Shown one piece after another: positions 49,878-61,425 of a stretch of 64,000 bases of DNA. Below the pieces are notes generated by a model. It was given only the letters and a program-made list of their open reading frames with translations. It did no database searches and was not told where the DNA came from. The first letter of the stretch is position 1. Each line of letters begins with the position of its first letter. This DNA comes from Chiloscyllium plagiosum (taxonomy: Eukaryota). Made by a program: the position numbers and the translations under genes. The stretch spans positions 74,382,210-74,446,209 of the forward strand of contig NC_057718.1 in NCBI RefSeq assembly GCF_004010195.1. The letters are read 5' to 3'.

Positions 49878-51411
49878 TCATGGGCAGGGATGTTCTCCCA
49901 GTGGATCTGTACTAGCTGAGTGGTGAGGGGGCAGTAGTATTGTGCACAGGTGGGAACAGCACAGTCGAATGGCCACGCCCAGCGCCACAATCCCAGCAAT
50001 GATAGCAATGATGGCTATTAGTCCCTGTAACAGGGCCATGCCCCATGAGCCCAGCCAGGAGGCTGCCCAGTCCCATAGGTCCCAGTGGGAATTCTGATCA
50101 TGCAGGACAGAAGCTGCCTGCTGGATATGCTGGGCCAGGTCTGTGATGTTTTCACTGGGGTCAGGAATGTCGGTGCAGCAGTCAGCATCAATGAGGGTGC
50201 ATGTGCCCCCTTTCGCAGTGAGCAGGTAGTCTGAGGCCATTCTATTTTGTGGGACCACAGTGTGAATGGCAACAGCCTCCACATTCAGCTGGGCAAGAAC
50301 CTCAGCTGTGGAATTCGCCACCTCCTCTAGAGTGGTGGCGAGTTTGTGGGCTTCCATGTGCAACTGCAGGTTTGCATAGGGGCGTTCCATCAGGAAGAGA
50401 GCTGCATCAAGGGCAGCGAGGGCTCATTTGCTGCAGGTCATGAGCTTTGGGAAGAGAGGGGACTGGGAGTGATAAATGAATGCTATAGCATACCTGCATA
50501 GCAGCTCCCAGCCCAGGACATCGGCAGCCAGGGGTAGGCCTTGTGGCCGCAGATAAAATAACTGCTGTTGTAGGTCTGGAGATGGTGGGTCTGGGTCCCT
50601 GTCGAGACAGTGAGGAAGGTGGTATTCTGGCTGATTGTGCTGAGGACCTGTAGGTTTAAAATGATGCCTTCTCCAGCGGATCAGCGTGCTGCGGGAGTTA
50701 GGAGCAGGGAATCAGTGCACCGGCTCCAACCAGCCTCCCATCCAGAAGGCTGTGTGCTTTTTAAATAGATGGATCCCGCAGGTGGCTTTTGTGTGTTAAT
50801 GTCAGCAATGGTCAGGGCTAGGGGTACATGCAAGAGGTTGTAGGCTGAGTAAAACCACCCTTTAAATTTGTCCAGGTGGTACCCTGCAGATCTCCAGCAG
50901 GCAGGGCTATTGACCCCGTAGTTGGTCATTGCCAGTGTATTTTGAGTGTGGTAATGTCAGGGGACCTGTTTGGTTCCAGTCACCACTCTGCCATGTCAGA
51001 AATGTTAAAGGGGCTGAAAGTGAAGGGAATACCCCGGTTTGAGTGGACTGGGACCCTAGTGCAGACCCAGCAGCGGGTCTGGTTAAATCGCCGAGCATAC
51101 CAATGGGCCAGTCTCAGGAAACTGTTGGTCTGCAAGTCACAATGGATTATTAAATGTCTCGCCCCTTGTCTCTGTTTACCAGCAAGCCACAGTGTGACGG
51201 TCAGACAGGTCAGGCTGAGGGTGATGATGGTGATGGCTGCGGCAAGCAGTTGGATCCGTCTTCGGTGTTCCGAGCGGTGCCTTCTCCTGTCTGGTCCCTG
51301 TTTATTGAAGGTGGAGCTCTCTTGCAGTGGGCAGTATGAGTCCATGCGGGCCATCCTTCCACTTTTACAGCTATCCGGGTCATCAGCAGGATCAGGTATG
51401 GGCCGTTCCAA
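49878..51411 (-). pseudogene. env: ERV-1 env (gamma-type), disrupted
   Basis: Signal region, SU CWVC motif (NQTRCWVCTRVP), TM immunosuppressive domain QNRMASDYLLTAKGGTC, CX6CC (CTLIDADCC), membrane anchor; stops and frameshifts. Confidence 0.92.
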
Positions 51412-53374
51412 CTTGGGGAGAGAGAGTCCTTTTCCAGTGATTTTATCATGCCTTTGTTCCCGGGTCAGAACACATGAATTGGCACTGGTTGGGGTGTGGG
51501 CAGCATATCTCTGACCTCGTCGTGCTTTACATTAATGCTTCTGCTGAGGGCTTGTATATAAATCAGCACAGCCTCTTGTGTCCATGGTGAGGAGTTGTGT
51601 CCGTGCAGAGCATTGGGGGCCTGGTAACGGGTGGGCATAGCTCACCCCATGAGCACCTAAAAAGGGTGAGTCCATTCATGCAGTTTGCCTGGTGACGTAT
51701 AGTGTAAAGGACTAGTGGTAAGGCATCCGGCCAGATCAGTCCTGTTCTTCGGTGATCTTGGTCAGTGTGGTTTTAAGGGTGCCATTCATCTGTTTGACCA
51801 ATGACTGGGGTTGGTATGGATGTGATGTCACCATGGTATCCCTAGAGCCTTACCAGTCATGAGCCTAGCAGTGAAGTGAGTCCCTCTGTCTGTCTCTATG
51901 TTACTGGGGACCCTGAATCTGGGGATGATATCCCTTAGGAGGCATTTTACCACTGTCCATACATCATCCTTTCTTGCGGGGAATGCTTTCACCCATTTAG
52001 AGAATATGTCGATGATGACAAGGATGTATTTGTAACCCTGTTTTTGGGGTATGTGAGCAAAGTCAAAGTCAATCTGCAAGTGGCTGAAAGGCCCCACAGG
52101 AACTGGTAAATGGTCATACCTGGCAATAGGCTTCCTTGCATTGTTTTGCAGGCAATTGAAGCACTGTGACAGCAGGGCTTGGGCAGGGGCAGCGAATCCT
52201 GGTGCATATTAGAATTGTGTGACAGTATGTAACATACCTCTATTGCCCATGTGGCCAATGCCATGGGCTACTAGGGCCAGCATGTGTAAGTGGGCTCTTG
52301 GGCAAATGATGCAGCCATCAGGGTATAGGAAAGGTGACTGCGTGACCCCAATGAGGCCCTAACTGTCCTTTTCTTGTGGTGGAGCAGCCTGTTGGGCAGC
52401 TTGCACCGTCTCCAAGGTGTCAGGGTATACTGGAGCCTTCACTATTCTGGGGGCCTGCAGGACGGAGGTGGTGGGGTGCAGTTTGGCTTCCTGGGCCTCT
52501 GTGTCAGCTGAGGCATTCCCGAGGGTGACAGGGTCAGTGGTAGAGGTATGGGCACCGCATTTTATAATCACTAGGGCAGAGGGTAACAGGATTATTTCCA
52601 GGACGTTGGAGATTAGTGCTGCGTGTTGTGGTAGCCACCTGCTGACGTGATGAAACCTCTCTGTTTCCAGCGTGTGCCAAAGTCGTGAACAACTCCAAAG
52701 GCATACCTGGAGCCAGTGTAAATGTTTACTGTGTGACCTTTTGCAATGATACAAGCCCTAGTAAGTGCAAACAGCTCCTTAGTCTGTGCGGATGTGCCAT
52801 CTGGGAGCACAGCTGATTAGAGGATTGTGAAATGGGTGCATATGGCATACCCTGCCAGTGTGCAGTGGCCCAAGGGCCTGAAGGAGGACCCATCCGTGAG
52901 AGTATGAGGTTAGGGTTTCTAAAGAGGTTTCAGAGAGATCAGGGCATAGGGTGACAACTTGCTGGACAAGGTCTAAACAGTCATGGTTGTTCGCAATGGC
53001 ATTCTGAGTGAGTGGGAGCAGGGAGCTGGGGTTCAGTGCAGGGGCACGTTGTAGGGACAGGTTGACTTTGGACAGTAAAGCGACCTCATATCCAGTTTTC
53101 CGGGTGGCAGTGAAATGTTGGGTTCCTGCTGAATTTAACAGCAGGGAGACCAAATGGGGAACTAAAACAGTGCATGGGTGATCCAGCACGATGGGGGTGG
53201 CCTTTTCTACCGTTACCGTGGCTGCTACCACAGCTCTTAGACATGCTGGCATTCCCCTTACAACAGGCAGTAAGTGTACAGAGTAAAAAGCAAGAGGGCG
53301 CTGGAGATTCCCATAGAGCTGTGTTAGGATGCGGATGCAAACTCCTCGGATTCATCAACATAGAGCTAGAAGGG

Positions 53375-53567
53375 AAAGCACCGCAGGTCAGACAGCATCC
53401 GAGGAGCAGGATAATTGACGTTTCGGGCAAAAGCCCTTCATCAGGAATGGGTTCATTGCCTGAAATGTCAATTTACCTGCTTCTCGGATGCTGTCGGACC
53501 TGCTGTGCTTTTCCAGCACTACTGTAATCTTGACTCTAATATCCAGCATCTGAAGTACCCATTTTTG
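53375..53567. mobile_element. Fold-back Penelope pLTR mini-insertion in ERV-1 pol with hammerhead motif (53413-53448, - strand)
   Basis: Inverted arms; imperfect 16-bp TSD CATAGAGCTAGAAGGG / CATAGAGGTGGAAGGG. Confidence 0.8.
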
Positions 53568-55130
53568 CATAGAGGTGGAAGGGCTGAGTGTAGTCCAGGA
53601 CCCCCAGGGCAGGGGCAGAGACTAGTCACTGTTTTAGGTGGGTGAATGCCTGCACTTTCACTGGCTGCTTTGGTGAAGATGCCTCTTGTAGGGGCTCATC
53701 AATGACGTGGTGGTCTGGGATCCAGTGCCTGCAATAATTCACCATTCCCAGGAAAGCCTGCAGCTGAGTTCTTGTGGCTGGCAGGGGAAGCTGGGTAATG
53801 GCCATGACTCGTTCTTTGGATAGTGTCCTGAGGCCATCTAAGAGTTCATGTCCCAGTACTATACTTTGTATTGGCAAAGTTGCATTTTCTCCATTGAAAC
53901 CTTATGTTCAGCATCTGCTAGGCAGTACAACAATGCTACAGTGTCCTGATAGCATGATTCAATGCAGATGCAGGCCAGTAACAAATTGTCTGTGTATTGG
54001 AGGAAGGTGCTGTGGTACGGCAGGTGTAGGGTGGAGAGGGTGCAGTGTATTACAGCAGCATAGACTGTAGGGCTCTGTGTAACCCTGGGGAAGCCTGGTC
54101 CATGTGTACTGGCAGCTGCCGTATGTAAAAACAAAAAGCTACCGGTTTTCAGGGGACAATTTAATAGAGAAAAAGGCTGAACAGAGGCTGATCACAGAAA
54201 AACAAGGGGTGGAAGCAGGGATGCTGGTGAGTATGGCGTTAGTGTCCAGGAACACTGGGGAGCAGGGAATCACAATTGCATCGACAGCCCTCAGGTCCTG
54301 GACAAAACGCCTCCTGGCCTCCCGGTTCTTGGGATGCGTAGGATGGTGTATTGCATGGACTGGTTATAGGAACTAGGACACCCTGTTGTGGGAGGGAGTC
54401 AATAACTGGCTTGATCTCTTCTACTGCTGCTGGTGACAATGAGTATTGCCGTACAGACGGCAGGATGGCTCCCTGCCTGAGTGTGACAGTGTGTGGTGGG
54501 GCAGACATCACTTGTCCTGCATGATTGGGGTGCCGTGCCCACAGTGATGCTGAAAGGTCAGCTAGCAACAGGTGGTTTCATAGGAGGGGGCAGTGCCTAG
54601 GGTTTGTGTGGTAAAAGCAACCTGGAGCAGGAGCACAGCGCGCATAAAACTCATCCTGCCCAAGTTGGGCAACCTCTAGCAGAGGGATGGGGGCCTGACT
54701 GAGGGGCATGAAGTGGAGTGGTCGCTGTCATAACCGCATCATCATGAGGACTAAATCCTTGGGGAGCCACGGGCTCAGCAATGAAGGGAATGTGTGGAAC
54801 TGCTGTCAGGCTGTTGCAGAACAGTGCAGCCTGTTCCTTGCTGAGTTGTCCTTCTGCTGCCACCCTCTGTGGTCCCACAAAGTACAGGCCAGTGAGTGCA
54901 AGCGGGGAGGTGAGGGCGAGATGAGAGTCTGCGAGTGCAGCATATGATGATGCCGGGTCCTGCCGGCCGGAAGCTGTGCAGTGAAAATGACAGATAAAGT
55001 GGTCTGTCAGTACCACCCAGCGGAAGACAGATAAAGTGGGGGATGAAGGGGCCATTGGCAACAGGGAAAGGAGGGGGTCAAGAAGAGTGTGAGTAGATGT
55101 GTTGGAGCAAGACCAGCTGTGGAAGGAGGT

Positions 55131-55553
55131 ATAAACAATGACTGCAGATGCTGGAAACCAGATCTGGATCAGTGGTGCTGGAAGAGCACAGCAATTCAGG
55201 CAGCATCCGAGGACAGGCAAAATCGACGTTTCGGGCAAAAGCCCTTCATCAGGAATAAAGGCAGAGAGCCTGAAGCATGGAGAGATAAGCTAGAGGAGGG
55301 TGGGGGTGGGAGAGAGTGGCATAGAGTACAATAGGTCAGTGGGGAAGGAGATGAAGGTGATAGGTCAGGGAGGAGAGGGTGGAGTGGATAGGTGGAAAAG
55401 GAGCTGGGCAGGTCGGACAAGTCCGGACAGGTCAGGGGATCGAGTTTCTGGAGGCTAGAAGCTAGGATGAGGTGGGGGAAGGGGAAATGAGGAAACTGTT
55501 AAAATCCACATTGATGCCCTGGGGTTGAAGTGTTCCGAGGCGGAAGATGAGGC
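55131..55553 (-). mobile_element. Penelope 3' end inserted in ERV-1 pro-pol, hammerhead motif at 55221-55256
   Basis: RLIFRLGTLQPQGINVDFN C-terminus plus pLTR; TSD GGAAGGAG(G/C)T at 55121-55130 and 55554-55563. Confidence 0.88.
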
Positions 55554-55959
55554 GGAAGGAGCTTGCCTGGTTGGAGGGTTCAGGGCAGTAGAAAATTATT
55601 GCCCACAGCATGGAATAATGGACAGCCAGGATCTCCAGTGTGAGATCCTGGGGGGCATAGTGGATGCTGGCATTCAATTTATACAAGATCTGACGGCCCA
55701 GGAGGGCAACTGGGCAAGCAGCGGATCCAATGGCAGCATCAGGGACAGCGGCAGGTACATTGCTGAAGTTAACGGGTTAGGAGAGTGGCTCTGTCATGGA
55801 TACTCCCGAAACCTCAACAGTGCAGATAGTTTTGGAACTTGGTGAAATTTCTGTGGAGAGAGAGATGCGATGAGTGGGTGGCCCCAGAATCCACCAGAAA
55901 AGAAATGAGCCACCCTCACCCCCAACTCCACATCCAACATTGGATTTTTGGATGGGGAG

Positions 55960-57365
55960 TTAGAGAGGTGTATTGAGACCACCTGTAAAACCTCCCTCTC
56001 GCGGCAGCCCCAGTTAGTTTCTGGGGCATGGGGGGAGGGATTGTTCATGGTGTAGGCAGCCTGGCGAGGCTGCCACTGTGGGCTGGTGTGCTGCTGTCAT
56101 GCCTGTGGTATGTGGGGAAGCGTGGAGGGGCCTGGGTGACCTTGCCTGCATCCTGACCAGCACTGTCTAACCTAGTGTCCCGATTTCCCACAGTTCCGGC
56201 ACTGTCCTTTTTGAATTCCCCTAGGTTGCTGTACTGGCCTGGTGGTATCTTTATGGTGGTCTAGTTGTGCGATTTGGGGGAATGCCCTCTTCTGTTTTGG
56301 CGTGGTGAACAGCCCGTTTATGTCCAAGTTACTAAGTGTGGTTAAAGTGTCCCAGGCAGTCATTGTTTTCCAAGTGAGATTGTGCAACTTGTAAATGTGA
56401 GCATATGTAGGGAGCATTCAGTTCACTAGGGTCTGCACGACAAGCTTTTCATTCTCTGCTAATAGAATGCCCGCTGAGGAGTCCCAGACCTCCCTAAAGC
56501 AGGCAATGAAATCAGGCAAGGGCTCGTCTGCTCACTGCAGACACTGGGTAACAGCACCAAAGTTGGCGTGCTGTCTTGCACTGGCCTTTATTGCATCCTT
56601 CATGGGTGCTGTCCAGCCGTTTCTCCTGGTCTGCAGCGGTGTTCCAGGGTCGGATGGGCAAGTCAATAGCAGGGTGAATGGTTGCTTGGTGGGTCCCATA
56701 TGTGAGCTGCAATAAGGTCTGCATATCTTGGGGCAGACAGTTGTAGATAGAGGAAATTTGGAGTAGCCAGTTGTAGAATGGGAGTGGTTGCTTCAATGGG
56801 TCTGGGGCATCTTGTAGCATGACCCGGACCTCTGCGTGGGTCCAGGGCTTATCGAGGGGAGTGGAACCAATCATGATGCGGGGAAAATGGCAGTCGGTGC
56901 CCTGGCTTTTTAGGACAGCAGTGCATCTGGGCTATCATTTGTGGTGGGCAGTGGTGGTGTTTCAGATTGCCCAGTGGCTGCTGTATTCTGCTGCAAGCTC
57001 CCTGTGGGTTGCGCAGCCACTTCATTCAGCAGAGGGTCCAGCTCTGGAGCCAGTAGGGGACGCCTCGGGAACTGTGGGGCAGTGTCCAGGGTTACTGGGG
57101 TCTCCGCCATTGGGGAGGTTATTGTGGCGGTCTTTCGCCTTAGAGGGCTGTCCTGGAACTTTGCAAGACACTGCAGCATGTAAACAGTGTCCCAGGAGGG
57201 ATCCCCGTGCCCCCCACCTGTGATGGCTGTGGTCCAGTAATCAATCTTATCAAATTTAAAGGGCCCCCTCCGATGGCCAATTTCCTTGGGACCAGGTGTA
57301 AAAGTCTCCGGTAAAGGGGATAACGTAATGCTGTCCCCTGTCTGTTTTAGTACGGTGTTAGCCAT
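55960..57365 (-). pseudogene. gag: ERV-1 gag, disrupted
   Basis: MANTVLKQ.. start, capsid-like KPWTHAEVRVMLQDAPDPLK, MHR-like Q*ADEPLPDFIACF, zinc knuckle CRNCGKSGH*VRQC. Confidence 0.85.
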
Positions 57366-58319
57366 TCCCCCGAATCGCACAACTAGACCACCATAAAGAC
57401 ACCACCAGGCCAGTACAGCAACCTAGGGGAATTCAAAAAGGACAGTGCCGGAACTGTGTAACAAGAGCAACTCTTACCTTTGTCTTGAAGATCACGTATT
57501 TACCATGCCTCTTCAATGTCGCCTTGTTCATCTTCAGCCATTCTCACAGCTGGCACTTCTAGCAGAGGGTGATTTCCGTGCACCCATGGCGTACTGGACG
57601 TCCTGGGTTGACTGCTAAGTTCTGCACTTTGGCTTTCAAGGAAAGACATAGAGAGCATTCACAGAAACACACAAGCAGTAAGTGATTGACAGAACAAGCA
57701 ATAAAAGGGCAATTGAACAAGTGATCGCTGACTGCAACGTAAACAAACACTTAACTGCTGGATAAACACACTTAGACCAGACACCTGAAACTGACAAGAC
57801 AAGCAATCGGTAACTGCAAGACGAACAGACACACCTAAAACAAGCACTCAGAAAACACAGGACAGAAAACATTGAACAGATGAGGCCCCCGTCGATTTCC
57901 TTTGAGCTGAGAATCTCTTAGGTTTGAAACAAATACTTAATTGGTGACCTCTCCTTCTATCTTGTCAGGCTTCCGTTGCTTGTCCGTCTTTCCCCTGGCT
58001 GGATCAGGATCGCGGCACAAGCCCTGCCTCAAGTTGGATTGCGCTTCTGCTGAATTGGTTAAAATTTAGTTGACCAATTTAGGAACTTACCCGTCTACCT
58101 TATCAGGCTACGTCCGTAGTTGCTGAACGCTGAATTGCCGCAGTAGTGAGATTATAATTGTGTGATTATAATATAATATAATATAATAAAATAACTTAAC
58201 CTACACACCCCTCAGTCATCCAGCCTTTTGCTACAGGTCTGACCCACAGGGGCAGGGCTAGCCACTAGGTCTGAATTGGGCAAAATTTAGATCCAAGTTT
58301 GCTTCCCTGTGGAGATTAG

Positions 58320-58339
58320 GGCCTACCGAGACTATGCCA
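58320..58339 (-). promoter_or_regulatory. ERV-1 primer binding site, tRNA-Ser-like
   Basis: TGGCATAGTCTCGGTAGG just after the 5' LTR; resembles the Ser PBS TGGCGTAGTCGGCAGG with a 2-nt insertion. Confidence 0.6.
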
Positions 58340-58342
58340 AAC

Positions 58343-59250
58343 TGTTGGAGTAATTAGCCCAATAAAGCAGAGATCACAAAACAGATTGAAGTGAAATTAA
58401 CAAACAGTTATTAACACAGCCATATCATGGAAGTGAAATTGACCAAGCTGAAACAGCACAGTTTGTCCAGATAGCCGGTACTCTCTTCTTTGAGCTGAGA
58501 ATCAAACTGGGTTTTATAGGAATACAGTCCAATGATACTAATTAAAAATAGTGAAAATACAATAGTCTTGATAGTCAAGTAATGAAGCTACAATTGTGAT
58601 AATAGCAAAGCAATAATCAGAAAAATGTCCTGAATGTAGATACAATGAAGCATCCTGCCAGCATCAATCAGTTCCTAATGGGATCAGGAGATTCCAGCTC
58701 TCTTTGAGGGTAGGTGAGAATGTCCCTTTTCTTGGCAGTAAGGTATTTTCATAGAACATATAACATCGAAAAGTACAGCACAGAACAGGCCCTTTGGCCC
58801 ACGATGTTGTGCCGAGGTTTAATCCTATTGTAAAATATAATAACTTAACCTACACACCCCTCAAATCACTGCTATCCATGTGCATGTCCAGCAGTCGCTT
58901 AAATGTCCCTAATGACTCTTTCATTGTTGCTGTCCTATGAGCGAGGTATTCTGGTGCCTCTCCGTCTGACCTGTCCTTTGTGTGGCTTTGGTATCACTGG
59001 GGTATGAGACTGCCCTTAGGGTTTTGAGACAGCTGTGTTTATCGGGACCAGGAAGCTTATTGTCAGATTGTCTTCGAGAGTGTATTCCCTAGTCTGTGAG
59101 TGACTGTGGTCACGTCTGGTTTTCCTTGTCAGCCTGTTTGGTCAATGCTCAGGCATTCTGGGTGTTCCTTGTATGGTTTAGATAGGCTTGATTTTCTGTG
59201 TTGTTTTTGGCCATGCTGTGGGTAGGCAGGGTGGCAGATCTTTTCCCACA
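58343..59250 (-). repeat. ERV-1 5' LTR, containing a CR1 3'-tail insertion (about 58752-58918)
   Basis: Homologous to 49088-49806; the insert has a catagaacat tail and is flanked by TTTCA repeats. Confidence 0.92.
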
Positions 59251-59360
59251 ATTCCCCCATTTTATTTACAGTCAGCCAGGGCTCCCTGATTAGGCCAGCC
59301 CCAATCAGGGATTTTATACTCAATGAGATCCATCTGGCCAAACTCGTTCTAATCACTGTA

Positions 59361-60480
59361 TCCCTTTCCCCCTAGATCTGGGGAAGTCAGCCTGTTTGTT
59401 TTCTTGTAGCTTCTCCTGGGACCCACAAGTCTGGTTCCTCCAACTCTGACCCGCACACAGCCGGCCTGTACCAGACAGTAGCCCGTCTCTTCCACCCAGA
59501 GGGTCTCGGGAGAAATTCCCCCTCTTCAGGTGGTAACATAGGCTGCAATCACCTTGGACTCTGAGGTTTCTTCAATGCTAGACAGAGTGGGAGAACCCAC
59601 AGTTTCTGACAGCCTTTCTGGCTGTTCTGAGGGGCCAGGTACATTTTGCTCCTGTCCCATTTGTGATAATAGCAGATTTCATGTGATCCAATGTTTGTTC
59701 AGGACTGCCTCACCTACCCGAACTTTGTATATCATGGGACTTGACCTCGCGTTGTGTTCATGCAGGGCCATTCATATGGTAATTTTTGTCCTTGTTGGCA
59801 TTCTGGATACTGTCCTATCAAGCAGCTATGTCGGTGAGACCTACCCATCTCACCAATATTTTCATTTTAGAAACCCCTGGTGAAGTTCAGCCAAAATGTG
59901 ACAGCAACCTTTACTTGGGGCAATCACTCTTTACTCCCCAAAATAAAATGCTATCCTTTATTGTGATCCTGACTCGCTGGGTCCAGAAAGGCTTCAATTT
60001 TGATTGTGATGGCCCTTTTGTTTCCCTCATCAACATCATGCGCTGTTTTAGTGTTGCCAGGTCCAGGGATGTTTTGCGTCCACAGCCAGATATTATCAGC
60101 AGTGACTGGAAGGGTATCGAGAAAGTTTAAACCCCAGATTGGACTTTTCCGGGAGAGGCACCACTGATGGTGTAACTGCCAGTGGGGGGTGGCTCAAAGC
60201 ATCCACATTCTCCACTTAGCCTCCTGGGCAATGTTCCATCTTGTTACTGTACATACTCAGAATAAGGGCCCACAGCTGAATTTGACCAGAAGCTATGGGG
60301 TGACAGCCTTGTCTTTGTTAAGCAGTCCCAACAGCGACTTACAGTCTGTTACTATTTCAAATTTACGTCCACAAACCTTCCTTCTCTATCTGTGCATATT
60401 TGTGTTTGGCATCAGCCAAAGTCCAGGAAGCAAACACTATTGTAACATGAACATTAATCCCTTTAGACAGTTACCATGTA
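59361..60480 (-). mobile_element. Gypsy element 2 internal remnant (integrase C-terminus, large deletion, gag-like piece)
   Basis: PPT; SSPMIYKVRVGEAVLNKHWI.. homologous to 62600-62700. Confidence 0.65.
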
Positions 60481-60526
60481 CATCTACCCAAGCTATTTTA
60501 TCATAATTAACCTATTACACAATTAT

Positions 60527-61425
60527 AAGACCATAAGACATAGGAGTGGAAGTAAGGCCATTTCGCCCATCGAGTCCACTCTGCCATTCAATCATGGCTG
60601 ATGGGCATTTCAACTCCACTTACCAGCGTTCTCCCCGTAGCCCTTAATTCCTCTAGACAACAAGAATCTATCAATCTCGGCCTTGAAGACATTTAGCGTC
60701 CCGGCTTCCACTGCACTCCGTGGCAATGAATTCCACAGGCCCACCACTCTCTGGCTGAAGAAATGTCTCTGCATTTCTGTTCTGAAATGACCCCCTCTAA
60801 TTCTAAGGCTGTGTCCACGGGTCCTAGTCTCCTCGTTTAACGGAAACAATTTCCTAGCATCCACCTTTTCCAAGCCATGTATTATTTTGTATGTCTCTAT
60901 TAAGTCTCCCCTTAATCTTCTAAGCTCCAACGAATACAATCCCAGTATCCTCAGCCGTTCCTCATATGTTAGACCTGTCATTCCAGGGATCATCCGTGTG
61001 AATCTCCGCTGGACACGTTCCAGTGCCAGTATGTCTTTCCTGAGGTGTGGGGACCAAAACTGGACATAGTACTCCAAATGGGGCCTAACCAGAGCTTTAT
61101 AAAGTCTTAGTGGTACATCTCTGCTTTTATATTCCAACCTTCTTGAGATAAGAGACAACATTGCATTCGCTTTCTTAATCATGGACTCAACCTGCATGTT
61201 TACCTTTAGAGAATCCTCGACTAGCACTCCCAGATTCCTTTGTGCTTTGGCTTTATTAATTTTCTCACCATTTAGAAAGTAGTCTATGCTTTTATTCTTT
61301 TTGCCAAAGTGCAAGACCTCGCACTTGCTCACGTTAAATTCCATCAGCCATTTCCTGGACCACTCTCCCAACCTGTCTAGATCCTTCTGTAGCCTCCCCA
61401 CTTCCTCAGTACTACCTGCCTGTCC
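60527..61425 (-). mobile_element. 5'-truncated CR1 LINE with open RT C-terminus
   Basis: ORF 60610..61401; tail tcttatggtctta; TSD CAATTAT. Confidence 0.93.

Larger units (their letters stand above)
51290..55950 (-). pseudogene. pol: ERV-1 pro-pol (PR, 2H-phosphoesterase-like insert, RT, RNase H, IN), disrupted
   Basis: PR FLVDSGATHS (about 55872-55902); RT SPCNTP and FLQYTDNLLLA; RNase H TSAQTKELFALTRAC..NIYTGSRYAFGVVHDFG; IN HLQIDF..DIFSKWVKAFP..IETDRGTHF and WNGPY. Confidence 0.93.
49088..59270 (-). mobile_element. ERV-1: near full-length decayed epsilon/class I-like provirus
   Basis: Two LTRs, PBS, gag, pro, pol, env and PPT; 5-bp TSD GTCAG at 49083-49087 and 59271-59275. Confidence 0.93.
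48501..59360 (-). repeat. 3' LTR of Gypsy element 2 (pieces 48501-48628, 49064-49087, 59271-59360), split by a Tx1-like LINE and ERV-1
   Basis: The rejoined pieces match the intact LTR at 61945-62167; PPT (TCCCTTTCCCCC on the + strand) follows at 59361. Confidence 0.8.
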
